NCBI RefSeq assembly: GCF_037042905.1
Contig: NW_026974141.1
Location: 2,294,001-2,358,000, forward strand
Length of the DNA stretch: 64,000 nucleotides
From: Lytechinus pictus
Taxonomy: Eukaryota
Direction: 5' to 3'
The notes under the pieces were generated by a model. It had not been told where the DNA came from, ran no database searches, and was given only the letters and a program-made list of their open reading frames with translations. The position numbers were made by a program, and so were the translations under genes. This document shows positions 1 to 13,680 of the stretch, one piece after another. Each line of letters starts with the position of its first letter. Position 1 is the first letter of the stretch.

Positions 1-195
1 TCAGTTTTTCACATGACTACCCACTATAACTTTAATATTATTGACCAAAAATAATTTTTCATTGCTCAAGCAATCAGCTATAAAGAGACTAGAAATTGTT
101 GACAAAATGTCCTGTACGACACGTATGGAATCGCCCAAATGTGCAATGGGTGTACTCGACATTCCCCCGATATGAAGAAGATGAAGTTAACTCAC

Positions 196-3100
196 CATGG
201 TATAATCCTCTTAAGCCTTCTGCCCTGGTGGTCTTTATGAAACAATCTAACCTGAAAGATTGGAAGATTAAATTGGGATTCTTTGTGAATTAAATGAAAA
301 AAACTTCGGGGTACACCACATTTATACACAATAAAAGCTAACATTACCAATTTTCAGAATCACCATGATCTAGAGTAGATATTAAAATCTTACTGTGATA
401 TAGTTCCTACATTACAGACATGGATATGCATGCAAAATCTTTCAGCATGCAATTTTTCTACATTTGTCAACTCAAATTCTGAAATTAAACCAGGCAAGAT
501 TGTTGTGTAATCCATCTCATTATCTTAATATTTTTATTTTAATAATTTATCTTTTTAGTTTATTTAAAGAGGATGAAACATCATAATCACAACCTACATG
601 TAGGATATATGATGCAAGTTCAACACATTTTCACACAAAAAAATGTAAACACAACTTGTACACACTACACTTTTTTAATAGATGCATTCATGGCAAATTT
701 TGCTTGTGCCTCAGAAATAATGTTTGAAACATTTCAAGGAAAATCTTTTTATTCAACTTTCATTCATTCCAAATTACATTTTGAATTGAGCCAAATTACA
801 AACTGGTTCTTTTGCAACTTTAATATACATCCATTACTTTTTCTATTCGGGGCAAATATCCCTTGATTTTTCATTATTTCATTTTGTTGCTCAACGGTCC
901 CAGATACCATATTCTCATAATACTTACAAGTTGTTGTAGATGCGTTTTCCATCAATAACTTGTTGATTTTGAAGCCTAGTCTTGACCAAGTCAATGGGGA
1001 AGGTACAAGTCACACCGACTACACCCGCTACACAACCATTGATTACCTTAGCAGGAAGACTGTAGGAAGGAAAAAAATAAAAGGCCCTGGGATAAAGACT
1101 ACATGTAGATCTTACAGGGTTGAACATGTCAAATTGATTGGCAATATACAATGTACATGTAGCCAGAGATTATACTTTTTTATTTGATTTATTAAATTCC
1201 AAAATTGCATGCAAACATTAGAAATCATTCTATGGGAATGTGAGTGAAGTGAATTTGGTTTTAAATCTTCTAATTACAGTTTGAAGTATACAGTACTTCA
1301 TTTCTTTGGTGCTCCCTAGACCGCTGTAAATCCATAACAGTTATCCCAGCAAAAACAGTTCACTGATCCAGTTTACCTCCCAAATCCTCTTCTAATACCC
1401 CTTTCATAAACCCATCCTCCAATTAGCCGCCTAAGAGTAATGCGGATAATTCAATAAAAATTGCGTTTACAAACTCCGAAAATAATCCGCACTATTTTTA
1501 CGAGCGCCCGTCCTGAAAAAGGCGGATAATCGTTATGGCAACTGCACACACCCCCTCCGATGGGGTTGTGTTGGAAAAGGGTGACCTTGTGACCGCACCA
1601 TGGCAATTATCCGCATTATTTGGAAATGCGTTCATAAAGTCAATATCTGGTCCCGAGGCCGATATTATGCGAATAATTGCAGCATCAAAATAATGCGGAT
1701 AACTCTGGTCCTCCTCCGATTTTACGACCAAATTATGCTGCTATTAGCCGCATGATTGGGTTTATGAAAGGGGTATAACCCCTCCATACATTGTAGAAGT
1801 TCACATTTTACCATCATCACGAAAATAAAGTTGACCGTTGATTTCATGTTCAAACTAACTGAAAAAATGCAAAATTTCTACATATTACACGTGGGCATGC
1901 AGTTTGATCGGGGAGATTAACACGTCACACTATTACATGTAGAAGCATTAGATTGCAAATAAGGCCACATTCACCGCATAAACAAATACTGGGGAAACAT
2001 TTATTAGCAAGAAGGTTTCAAACATTGACGTCACACATGTACGACCGCATTTAACCTTACATGTATTTCTCTTCTTCAAAATAAATACTTGATCTGATTC
2101 TGAACATTTGTACAGTACTTTCATTGTGAACTAATACAATATCCCCTAGACATCCCTCCCCCTTCTTTAAATGTTCAATGAATCAATGTCAGTGTCGTCT
2201 GAAATAAAAGACAGTCTACGTCATTCTCCCAACTGCAATGCAATGCCGTGACAACCTCTTGATATTCAAGTCCATGCTTTCTAATTCATTATTTCAATAT
2301 ACACTGTAGGGTATTTATTATGCATGCCTACAGTATTTCTCGAGGAAGAAACATAGAGAAGCATACAGCAGGTACAACTGAATGAGTGGGTGATGTATAT
2401 TTAAAATTAACATTTTTAAGACAACCAAAAAAATAATAAAATACAAACTTACATAAAGTGTACAGTATAAAGAAATTGAACATGCGCAAAAATGTATATT
2501 TTCTATTAAAATATACATATTTAAAAAAAAACTTGAGTACATAAAAGGGACCATAAACTGTAAGAACTGTCAATTTTCTTCTGCCCTAATTACACATACA
2601 GTGCGTCCCACAAAAAGGAAACCTGTTTTCAGAGATTCAGTAGATTTCACAATTATTAAATATGTTTTTACTACAATAAATTTTCTCATCTCTCATTTAA
2701 AACCATGAGCTTTAGCAAATTGTTCACGCATGGCAGATTACAAATAACAAATACCGAGGCATATCAGAAACGATTTGTGCAGAAATTCACTTGTAAACCT
2801 GAATCTGTTCTCATTTCAGAGATCAGTGAGAGAATCTTAACAAAGAATACAAAGAAATGCTAATGAGCCAATCGTCGAATAAGCATGTTCGTCGTATCAC
2901 GAACCGATCTTGTCCAATTTTTCTGCGCAACCTGGTTTTGACATTAAAATTTCAAATTCATTTTGCTCATTAATAAATGCATGAAGTGTTCGTCACATAT
3001 TACATGTATATATGTAGGTATCAAAATAAAGAGGAATTGATTTATATGATTATGTAAATTAGATATCACAATTCATTTGCCTTTGTAAAAAAAAACCATG

Positions 3101-5693
3101 GGAATCCTGGTTTCCTTTTTTCTGGGACACACTGTACAGTAGTTTATTCCGACTGTACCATGTTCTAACTACACTGTACATGTACATGTATGCAAATTGT
3201 CACGACTCAAACAAATATCATTCTGCAATGTACACTTTATAGAGACAACAGATTGTTACAAACTTACAATGACAGGAACAAACTACAAAAGTGCAGAAAA
3301 ATAAATTGGACATTAATATTTGAACCCTGGTATCCATCAAATTTTCCATTATTTCATCAATTCATCATTGAAGGAAATGGTTTGCACAGTCGAGGTTCAA
3401 AAAATGATGTCAATGTACTTTCCAGAATGTACATTCAATACAGTGCATAAAGTGTACCAGCATTCATGTCCATCAACTTTGACATTAAAAACACTATCAT
3501 TCAGGGTCAAAAAACATGTCTAGGGGCTATTTCTTTTCTCCACCTTGGGGCGATCCGTTAAATTTGGGGGGGGGGCTATTTACTTTCATTTCAAGGGCTA
3601 CTCTTTATTTGCTCAACGGGCAATTATACTGTGAAAGCAAATCTCATATTTCTGCCAATGTTGATTTCTATTAAAAAACATTCTTACAGTACATGTACAT
3701 ACATGTACATTTAATACATGAGGCAGACCATGGGGCAACTTTAGAAAAGGTGTTCTCCCAAAAGCATTCCATTTCGGGAATTTTAGGGGTGATTTGAAAA
3801 GTCATGAGGGTAAAAATCACACGTCACCCCTATGTATGTACATCATATTTCTGTCAGGTGAGGTGATAGTCCATTTATTTTTACTCCTTCAATGAGGTGA
3901 ACCAACACAATTATGAGAGATATGAGCAATTATCTGAAATATTACTTGCTGTTCAAATATGCTTATTTCAAAGGTTAGTTTTGATAATTTCTTTTACTTT
4001 CAACAAGTTCAACTTCAATCCATGTGTTGTTTCTTTAAAGACATGAAGTGTTTGCATTTGAAATATTATCTGCTGTTCAAAAGCTATTTTCAGAGGTTAT
4101 CTAAAATGTTCTTGAGTTTTGTGATTACTTCAGCATTCATGTAATCCTACATGTACATTCACTGCATACATGTATGTATTAAAGGTAAAAATCAATTTTA
4201 TGATTACTTCAGCAGAATTCAATTTGCTTTTTGAAGATTTGAAATATATGTAGGAAATGCCAAATATTAGTCTGTTTTGTGTTTGATATCATCATACAAG
4301 GAAAGTGGATTAAAAAAAACCTTGTTCTTGTATTGTTTTTCTTTTGGATTGTTTTGTTTGCTCTAGATTCATGCTGCAATAATATTACTTGCTGTTCTAA
4401 TAAATTTCTAAAGGTTAAATGAAATACCCATATTGTAGATTATACTGTATACTCAATATTATTCATTTTGAATTTTAAAAAACAATGGCACAGTTTACAG
4501 ATTATGTCCAATATCAAGCTATGTACATTGTAACTCAGAGCCACAGTCCAATCACAAATGCAGCAAAAATATGCAAAACATATTCAGGTCTTGTATAATA
4601 TAAACCACATGTGCTGGTAAAAATGTTGACCAATTACAATTTAAAAGGAGAATGTATTTTCATATTAAGCCTGCAGTATTTTTATATCAAAAGCAGTAAA
4701 AAATGCTGCAAATAGGGAACAGTTGGTAGCAATTTGTAGGATTCAACATGAATGCATTATATCATGCATGTAGTTACAGTCTATGCAACAATGATCATAA
4801 AATTATCACAATTTTTTGCATAATTTGTGTGATTCTTCAAAGCAATCATTGCCACAATCCGAGCAGATACATGAGTTTACAGTACATGGAGGGTAATTTG
4901 GCATAATCCAATGTGGCTAATTGAATACACTGAACACATACAGGTGTATTTTTAAAGTGAATATTCAACTAAGTGTATGTTCAACTAATAATTGCAATAA
5001 AACCAAATTAGTTAGTGTGCAAGCTGTTTTAATTGGGATACATCGTATGCAAGGGAAATTGTGCCCAGGAATGATTGCTTACAAGTTACAACGAAGACAA
5101 ACGAGAAAATAATTTGGGGAAAACATGAAAGAATTATGTACCTGTCCACATATGGAAGTTCTATCTTTTCTTTGGGTTCCGTATGACTTCATTAAAAAAA
5201 TACATGTGAGACAAATTTATTAAAAGATCTTAACAGTACATCAATCACATGACACTTGTCGACAACTCAGAAGTCATTATGATGAAATGGTATTACACAA
5301 ACAGTAAAAACAAATAATAATTGTCAAGTTTATGATGAATAGTGTGCATGTCTTGGGGCAGTAAAAATAAGAGTTAGATCCAAATTCTGTTTTGTATGAG
5401 CCGTCAAAATCAAGAAAATTTGAGTTCATGGATAGGAGCATGGTGCCTAGAGTACAGAAACTACTTGTACATGAACATTCAAATATTCCAAATAAGACAT
5501 AATGAAATCTAATTTAAAATTGAAATTGTGAGAATTTTTTCAGACCTGTTCAAAAACAATGCACAATCACCTCAAAATTGTTTCACGCATCTAGTACATG
5601 TTAAGAAATGGGTTCCTACAAAACCATGGAGCATATCACACAACAAAAGATAAAAGTGAAAAATCAGAATATTACTTACTGAATGTCACCCAT
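196..5693 (-). CDS. SLC25A22: Mitochondrial glutamate carrier (SLC25A22/SLC25A18 family), first three coding exons; gene continues beyond the window start
   Basis: Exons 5680-5693 (ATG GGT GAC ATT CA|gtaagt), 928-1059 and 196-251 splice in frame to [68 protein letters not shown]. This has the carrier signature PxDxxKxR and matches the GC1/GC2 N-terminus ([26 protein letters not shown]). Borders are canonical GT-AG. Confidence 0.9.
1396..1775. mobile_element. PIF/Harbinger (Tourist)-like MITE
   Basis: TIRs TACCCCTTTCATAAACCCA / TGGGTTTATGAAAGGGGTA, flanked by TAA on both sides. Confidence 0.75.
2599..3134. mobile_element. Tc1/mariner-like MITE
   Basis: TA|CAGTGCGTCCCACAAAAAAGGAAACC ... GGTTTCCTTTTTTCTGGGACACACTG|TA. 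A related right end occurs at about 18780-18805. Confidence 0.75.
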
Positions 5694-6915
5694 TCCAACA
5701 ATCTCTCCGCCTCCGGAAAATATGTTCTGAGCTTGCAACACAACAAATGACGGTAAACAGTATGGTTTGGCCTGTGAGATGATAAGGTCCAGCCAGTCTC
5801 ACGATTCAAACTCCTCTCCGAGTCTGACCAACACAGGACTCTTTCAAGGCTCTCTCTCCCCCTCACTGACTGGCAAGATGATGACTGAAATTCTTCCTCT
5901 CATCCAGAACTCGGATGAGACAAGACGAAGATGAACACTAATAGGATCTAGAGATGCTGTGATGTTTCTTCCCAATCGTAGCGGACTATACCCCGAGAGC
6001 TGTTGTGGAAGAGAGAGGAGAGAGAATGAATGGTGAATGAATGAAAGGTGCAGACAAATCTTGTATGGATTTGTAAACTGATCAATAATTGCCTGTTTCT
6101 AGGCAGACCATTGGACCGCGATACCCGGCTTTCAGAGCACATCACACCACTATGAACTGTCTGGCCTTTACAACTTGTGCACGCTGCGTGCAAGGCTGAG
6201 TAGTCTCTCAATGCAGACTTGTTTCAGTCTTTGATCAAAACTGAAAATCAATTTCTGCCTGAGAACAGACCTGATTGTTCATATTAAGGTACATAATGTG
6301 GTTATGTAACAATGAAATTCACATCTACCTCCTTAATAACTTGTTTAATATGTTTCCTTCAACTTTCCTTCAAGCGTGGTCTATGCAGTCTGAGCCAAGA
6401 CTATCCATTGAGTTATTATGCATATTCACACCAGGAAGAGTTTATAGTCTTTCTACGCAGGCCAGATAAAGGAACTATCATTAAAATTCTAAATTGATAG
6501 AAATTCTGGATAGTTGAACTTAAGGGCCAACTTCACAAAAAGAGGCTTACATTACAATTACATACATGTAGGCTTTCATGTACATGTGGAAACCCTAGGA
6601 CTATTATTTTTAAGCATAATATTTAATAATAAGACATTTATAAAATCAAGAGTCAATCTTTCACTGCATATTGTGAAAATTGTATAGGAGTGGTTACTTT
6701 AAGTACTCCGGGCTGAACATAAATAAATTGGAGTCATATTCACTGAGCAAAATGCTGAAAATTTCATTAAAATCTCAACAAATAATATTTATTAAATTTC
6801 AGAGTTGGGCAATATCTAAAACAGATATCATATAGCCTTATACTAGTCTAGGCCTACATGTATGCATGAATTCACAAATATTCATTAGTTGGACTTGATA
6901 ATGTCACATACATGT

Positions 6916-7449
6916 ATGGTCGGGGGTCCTAAAGCTGCGCGGGTCCTAAAGCTACGCACCACTCATACTAGCGCATGCAGTTTTTATGGCAAATGCACAC
7001 TCTGTGTGTGGAACTGTGACTGCAGAGCGACGAACGATTCGTAATCAATTTTTTCTACAGAGGTTGCAGCAAATCTCTAAATGCAGAGAAAACAAACAAC
7101 TATTTGGATTTTTGGAGTTATATTCGCTTTAATTTCATTTTATCCTATAATAATGTGAATATATTTTAGAAATTGAGGCACAGGAAATACAATTTTTTTG
7201 CATGATAAATCGAGTGCGTAGCTTTTAGGACCCCTTCTACATCAGGCGGCGAAATCAAGAGGTGTTCGGAAAACACGGCAGGATTTTCGTGTTAGTGAGT
7301 TTTGCGATATTTTCTTCTTGGTCAATCATGATCTTTATAATGTTTGCCACAAATTAGTGAAAGATAATTTGTTGAAATATTAAGATTGGGATTGTTTTGT
7401 TGTTTGAAAACAAAGTGCGTAGCCGTAGCTTTAGGTCCCCCCATCATAC
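6916..7449. mobile_element. MITE
   Basis: Imperfect TIR TATGGTCGGGGGTCCTAAAGCT / AGCTTTAGGTCCCCCCATCATA. Confidence 0.6.
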
Positions 7450-7785
7450 ATGTACCTGTATCAACTTTCCTTTTTCTCTTATTACATTTTAAATCATAAT
7501 CATTTCATTTTCATTCATGTGTGAATCAAACTTTTAATAGTTCTTGGAGTTGGAGACTTGGGGGAAAAAAATGAATAAACTTCTTCTTCTTCTTCCTCCG
7601 CTGATCCCGGAGATCTACAGCTGGTTGCTGTATTGTTGTATAAATAATAATTGTTGAATAAACATAATTTCATCATTTTCATGTAATAAAATGAAAAAGA
7701 AAAAGCGGGGATATGACATCATTAGTTTGCTCAGAATTGAATATTCATGAAGACATGCTTGAACTGTTCAACAAAATAATACCAG

Positions 7786-7940
7786 GGGCCCGTTGCATAA
7801 AACTTTTTACCTGAGAAAACTCAGATTGTTTTTACCGGAGTTTTTGCCCTGTGCTAAAGTCAATGGCGGAAATCAGACTAACCTTAGTTTTCAGTTTTTA
7901 CCAGAGTTTTCTCAGGTAAAAAGTTTTATGCAACAGGCTT
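7786..7940. mobile_element. Short Harbinger-like MITE (CWG target)
   Basis: cag|GGGCCCGTTGCATAAAACTTTTTACCTGAGAAAACTC ... GAGTTTTCTCAGGTAAAAAGTTTTATGCAACAGGCTT|cag. Confidence 0.65.
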
Positions 7941-8250
7941 CAGGACCAGGGTAAGGGACGGTAAACGATAGCGGCCAGCCGGCTAGGAGAGGGCACTATG
8001 GCAGGTCATACCGGTCCACCATTGGTTTCTCCGTGACCGTGGCCCAGTCGCGCCGCTACCCACCGTTATTGCATGCATCCCATCCATGATCACATGCACG
8101 AACTCCGAGAAACCATACCGGTACGTACCGTACCGGTATTCGACTAAAAAATACCGGTACAATTCTGGCCAAAAACAACATAGAATTAACTAAGCTTTGT
8201 CTATAGTGCATGAGAACAATATTAAGATACATCTAAGTCAATTAACTTAC

Positions 8251-8500
8251 CCAAATATAATCTACAAAAAGTACAAATGGCGGATTTCTTCTTCCTCGAG
8301 ATTCAGATTTTCCACAAATATCCGATTTCTCATGCACGCGTACCGTAGTGGTAGTGTGTCGCGCCAGTCTTAATTGCCGATATCAGCGATCGGCGATTCA
8401 TTCTTATTTCTGATTACCGGCGATACTGACCAATCAGAGTAAAGATGAATAATTCATATAGGGTCAAAGGTGATTCCTTGTCGTGCTAACCAATAAAGAG
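8251..8500 (-). promoter_or_regulatory. Probable non-coding first exon and promoter of the SLC25 gene
   Basis: Minus-strand gtaagt donor at 8245-8250, CpG-richer sequence at 8280-8420, CCAAT motifs near 8430 and 8491. Confidence 0.4.
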
Positions 8501-8665
8501 CGATCATTAAAATAAACATTGTACCAAATTTGGATAGTTATCCCACGCGACTCACACGTGTTCTGTGGGACTAAAAGTTCGAGTTTTCTATAACAAACAA
8601 ACATTTGAATCCCTGCCATCGGCAGAGGCGCTGCGTCGATGGGGGGGGGGGGGGGGAGGGGGCAA

Positions 8666-11160
8666 GGGGGGCGATCGCCCACCAATGAAAATATCTATCA
8701 TTGCAATTTTTGTTAAGGTAGGGCCTACTACGCAGGAATTTCATCATATAGGCATAGAGATCTTAGCTGCCGATGAATAAAGAAGAAAATGGCTAACCCC
8801 ATTTTCCATAGGCTGATCCAGTTGAGTTAGGTTATATGTATATATCTCTAAATCAATTCTAACAAACTACTTTTAAAACCCTTTCCATGAAAGTTGATCA
8901 AAAATTTCGGCTCGAGGTTAAAAAAAAATAGATTAACCCATGCATCCTTTAATTATTCATACTATATAAAGTGCTTAAAATGTCAACTTTCAGACCTTTT
9001 AAAGATCAAGTCCACCCAGAAAATCGTTGATTTGAAACGATTGAGAAAAATCAAACAAGCATAACGCTGAAATTTTCATCAAAATCGGATGAAAAAGAAG
9101 AAAGTTATGAAAATTTTAAGTTTCGCTTATTTTTCACAAGATAATTATATGCAAATGAGAGTGTCGATGATGTCCCTCACTCACTATTTCTTTTGTTTTT
9201 TTATTGCTTGAATTATACAATATTTCAATGTTTACAGATTTGACAATAAGGACCAAGTTTACTCAACCATAAACTGTTAAAATAATGGTGATTCCACATG
9301 TTCAGGGTGGAATAAATTTTTGTTTCATTTGACAATGAGAAGAAAATTATAATTTTTAATATTTCATATCAAATACAAAAGAAACATTGAGTGAGTGACA
9401 TCATCAGTCTGCTCATTTGCATACCAACCAGGATGTGCGTAACTGTTTAAATTTGTGAAATAAGCGAAACTTTAAAATGTCATTACTTTTGATGAAAATC
9501 TTCAGTCAGGGACGGATCCAGCCTTTGCCAATAGGGGGGCTGGATTTTATTTCAGCCACATTTTCCCCGATCGGCCCCTCGATGTTGATTTTTGTTTGTT
9601 TCTTAGAAGGGGTAGTCCTAAAAGCCACATAAGCTTTTATCTTATAAATCAACATAAATATATAATAATCTCATAAGCCTTTTAAAAAAAGTGCAAGCGC
9701 GAAGCTATTTTTTAAATTATTTTTCATGTCATATATTATGTCCAAAAATTTAAACATTCTGGGCAATGTTTGTGATCCTAAACGAGATGTGTATCCAACT
9801 AAATAATTAATATACGTTTTGATGTGATAAAAAAAAAGGATCTGTTAACAGCTGCGTGCAGTTAGCCATGAAGAAGTTACATAATTATTTTAACAATCAA
9901 ATTTAACAATCAAATAATAAGGGGGGCGATCGCCCACCAATGAAAATATCTATCATTGCAATTTTTGTTAAGGTAGGGCCTACTACGCAGGAATTTCATC
10001 ATATAGGCATAGAGATCTTAGCTGCCGATGAATAAAGAAGAAAATGGCTAACCCCATTTTCCATAGGCTGATCCAGTTGAGTTAGGTTATATGTATATAT
10101 CTCTAAATCAATTCTAACAAACTACTTTTAAAACCCTTTCCATGAAAGTTGATCAAAAATTTCGGCTCGAGGTTAAAAAAAAATAGATTAACCCATGCAT
10201 CCTTTAATTATTCATACTATATAAAGTGCTTAAAATGTCAACTTTCAGACCTTTTAAAGATCAAGTCCACCCAGAAAATCGTTGATTTGAAACGATTGAG
10301 AAAAATCAAACAAGCATAACGCTGAAATTTTCATCAAAATCGGATGAAAAAGAAGAAAGTTATGAAAATTTTAAGTTTCGCTTATTTTTCACAAGATAAT
10401 TATATGCAAATGAGAGTGTCGATGATGTCCCTCACTCACTATTTCTTTTGTTTTTTTATTGCTTGAATTATACAATATTTCAATGTTTACAGATTTGACA
10501 ATAAGGACCAAGTTTACTCAACCATAAACTGTTAAAATAATGGTGATTCCACATGTTCAGGGTGGAATAAATTTTTGTTTCATTTGACAATGAGAAGAAA
10601 ATTATAATTTTTAATATTTCATATCAAATACAAAAGAAACATTGAGTGAGTGACATCATCAGTCTGCTCATTTGCATACCAACCAGGATGTGCGTAACTG
10701 TTTAAATTTGTGAAATAAGCGAAACTTTAAAATGTCATTACTTTTGATGAAAATCTTCAGTCAGGGACGGATCCAGCCTTTGCCAATAGGGGGGCTGGAT
10801 TTTATTTCAGCCACATTTTCCCCGATCGGCCCCTCGATGTTGATTTTTGTTTGTTTCTTAGAAGGGGTAGTCCTAAAAGCCACATAAGCTTTTATCTTAT
10901 AAATCAACATAAATATATAATAATCTCATAAGCCTTTTAAAAAAAGTGCAAGCGCGAAGCTATTTTTTAAATTATTTTTCATGTCATATATTATGTCCAA
11001 AAATTTAAACATTCTGGGCAATGTTTGTGATCCTAAACGAGATGTGTATCCAACTAAATAATTAATATACGTTTTGATGTGATAAAAAAAAAGGATCTGT
11101 TAACAGCTGCGTGCAGTTAGCCATGAAGAAGTTACATAATTCTTTTAACAATCAAATAAT
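8666..11160. repeat. Near-identical 1255-bp tandem duplication
   Basis: 8666-~9900 is repeated at 9921-~11160 with a constant 1255-bp offset at three checked anchors (gcgatcgccc 8671/9926; gatcaagtcc 9004/10259; cagtcaggga 9503/10758). Confidence 0.95.
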
Positions 11161-12566
11161 TCTAGCGCGAACCCCGAGCTGAAAATTTTGACATTTTTAC
11201 CTGAAGAATGGAAATTCTAAGCACCGTTTTGTAATCGTGAAAAGAATAAGTATATAACTAAACAATATTGATGCGAGCCCAAAGCGCGAGCGAAAAAAAT
11301 TGACATTTACGCCTAAAAATGGGACACTCTATAAATGTTTTGTAAATCATGAAAAGGATGAGTAATTGGAAATCTTCCTACATTAATAATGCGAGCGCAT
11401 AGCGCGAGCAGAAAATTTTTGATACTGCACTGGATAATGATTTAAACTGTTAAATAGAGAACAAGCTGCGTATCTGAATAAACATGCGCACGCGTGTGGC
11501 GACCTATCTAATCTGGGCATTCTAAAGTACCTTTTTAATCATGAAAATCAATAAAGCGAGCGCGAAGCGCGAGCTTAAAATATTTGATATTCCGATCTGA
11601 AAAGGGGTCAATTTAAGCTCTGTATTTCAAGCACTCTGTAGAAAAATGGTGAAGTGGATATGGATCACTGCTACAAAAGAGCTGATATGTTTCATTATTA
11701 TCATTTTGAATTTTGACATATAGGACCGAGACATTCTAAGAACATTATGTCATCATGTGTGAATGATAACTACCTTCCTATTTCCCTCCTAAGCGCGAGA
11801 TGAAACTTGTCGATATTCCATTCTGAAAAAGGGACAATTTGATTATTATATTAATATCTTATTTATTAATCTAATAAGAGTAATGAGAGCGTGAAATCTG
11901 TTAATTTTATGGCCTGAAAACTGGACATTTAAAGCACTTTTGTAATTATGAATAAGATGCATGTGCTATTTATTTTCAACAATCAATGCGAGCGCAAATC
12001 GCGAGCCGTAATTTTGATAAACAAATGCGAGCGTGCAGCGCTAGCTGATACGTGTTGACAATCTGACCTGAATAGGAATATTTTGAGAACCTTATGGAAT
12101 ACAGGAAAATAATAGGTACTTGACAAATCAAATTTTTGCGAGCAGAAAATGTTAATATTCAGACCACAAAACAGAAATTTTTACAAAGCACTTAAAAAAA
12201 AAATTGTAAATCAAACAAAAAATAAAAGTTCGATTTCCGAGCTGAAATGTTTTGTATATTGACTTCAAAATTTGATATTATAAGCTCCTTATTAAACAAG
12301 ACATGTAAACCACCTAAAAGGAAATGCGAGCGCGAAGCGCGAGCGAAATATTTATAAAGTGACATATAGGATTTTTTTATTATTATTTTCCAAGTCTTCC
12401 CCTCATCTTATTTTATTCACTCGTCTTCCTCCTTTTATGTTCCCCCTTTTGTTTCTCCTCTCTTTTCCCTTCTTTTTCTTTTTTTTCTCTTTCCCCTTTT
12501 TTTCTTTTTTTTATAATTCGCCAATAGGGGCGGCGGGCCCCTCAGGCCCCCCTGGATCCGCCTATG
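10762..12566. mobile_element. Non-autonomous DNA element nested in a MITE
   Basis: Termini CAGGGACGGATCCAG / CTGGATCCGCCTATG and a 5-bp TSD TCAGT (10757-10761, 12567-12571). The host MITE resumes after the TSD. The motif gcgagcgcgaagcgcgagc recurs internally. Confidence 0.75.
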
Positions 12567-12701
12567 TCAGTGTTATGCTTGTTGGATTTTCTCCTTTTAT
12601 TCAAATCAACTTTTCGTGGGGGTGGACTTGTCCTTTAATATCAACAAATTTCGCGCTCTCATTAGGTTAATTATTAGATTGATAAATAAGATAATGATAT
12701 A

Positions 12702-13680
12702 CAGAGTGAGTTAGAAAAATGTCCCACTTTTGTAAAGTTGAATTGTTTAAAATATGAATATTTAATCATAAGTTTCATGATATGTCTTGATAGAGGTATC
12801 CTCCCAGTACATTCAGGTACCTTTTTCATTTGATCCCCTGCACGCATGACTGAACAACGGACAATCTTTAGAAGACTGTCAGATCTCACTTGCGCCAAGT
12901 TACAGGGTGGGGAATAAAACACTCTTTTGAACAAAGACAGTCCGTCCTTGCATATACTCGGTGACCATAAATGACCTATGTTGTGGTGTGAATTGAGGAC
13001 GAACCATGATTCGTGTATATATACTTTTGCTACTGTAAAAAGAGGCTCAAGTGACTGCTGCCAAATCAGGCAAGCCCTTTAATAGGCAAGTGCAACAAAA
13101 GCACAGACATCCATTGTAAATTTTCATTGTTAACCAACAAAAGACATAATCAGCATATTGGATTTATGTGCACTTGATGATGATGATGAAGATGAAGATC
13201 AAGATCAAGATGATGACAATGAGGATGATGATGATGATATGATGGTGGTAGTGAATGTGTTTTAAGGGGAAAGATTGTCGGGAATTGCCACTTAAACATT
13301 CAGCGATCTTGCTAAAAATCAATGCTTAATCAGAAAAGAGAAAATTATGAACCAGTTATTACCATGTGTGTTGTGTGTGTTTGTGTGTTTGTGAGGGTGT
13401 ATGTGTGTGTGTGAGAGAGCATGCCAGTCTGTCTGTCTGACTGTCTTTGTCTAAAGCACTGTTTTATTCATCACCCAGTAACTTGGCGCAAGTGAGATCT
13501 GACAGTCTTCTAAAGATTGTCCGATGTTCAGTCATGCGTGCACGGGATCAAATGAAAATGGTACCTGAATGTACTTGGAGGATACCTCTATCAAGACATA
13601 TCATGAAACTAATGATTAAATATTCATATTTTAAACAATTCAACTTTACAAAAGTGGGACATTTTTTCTGACTCACTCTG
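12702..13680. mobile_element. Tc1/mariner-like non-autonomous element with ~235-bp TIRs
   Basis: 12702-12935 is the inverted copy of 13447-13680, which also produces the mirrored ORFs 12674..12934(-) and 13447..13671(+). TA flanks both ends. Confidence 0.85.

Noticed and set aside
5142-5192. Possible first coding exon [17 protein letters not shown] of the SLC25 gene
   Set aside because: It ends in phase 0 while the next exon needs phase 2. Exon 5680-5693 fits the phase and the family N-terminus.
12674-13671. Two near-identical small ORFs on opposite strands
   Set aside because: By-product of the ~235-bp TIRs.
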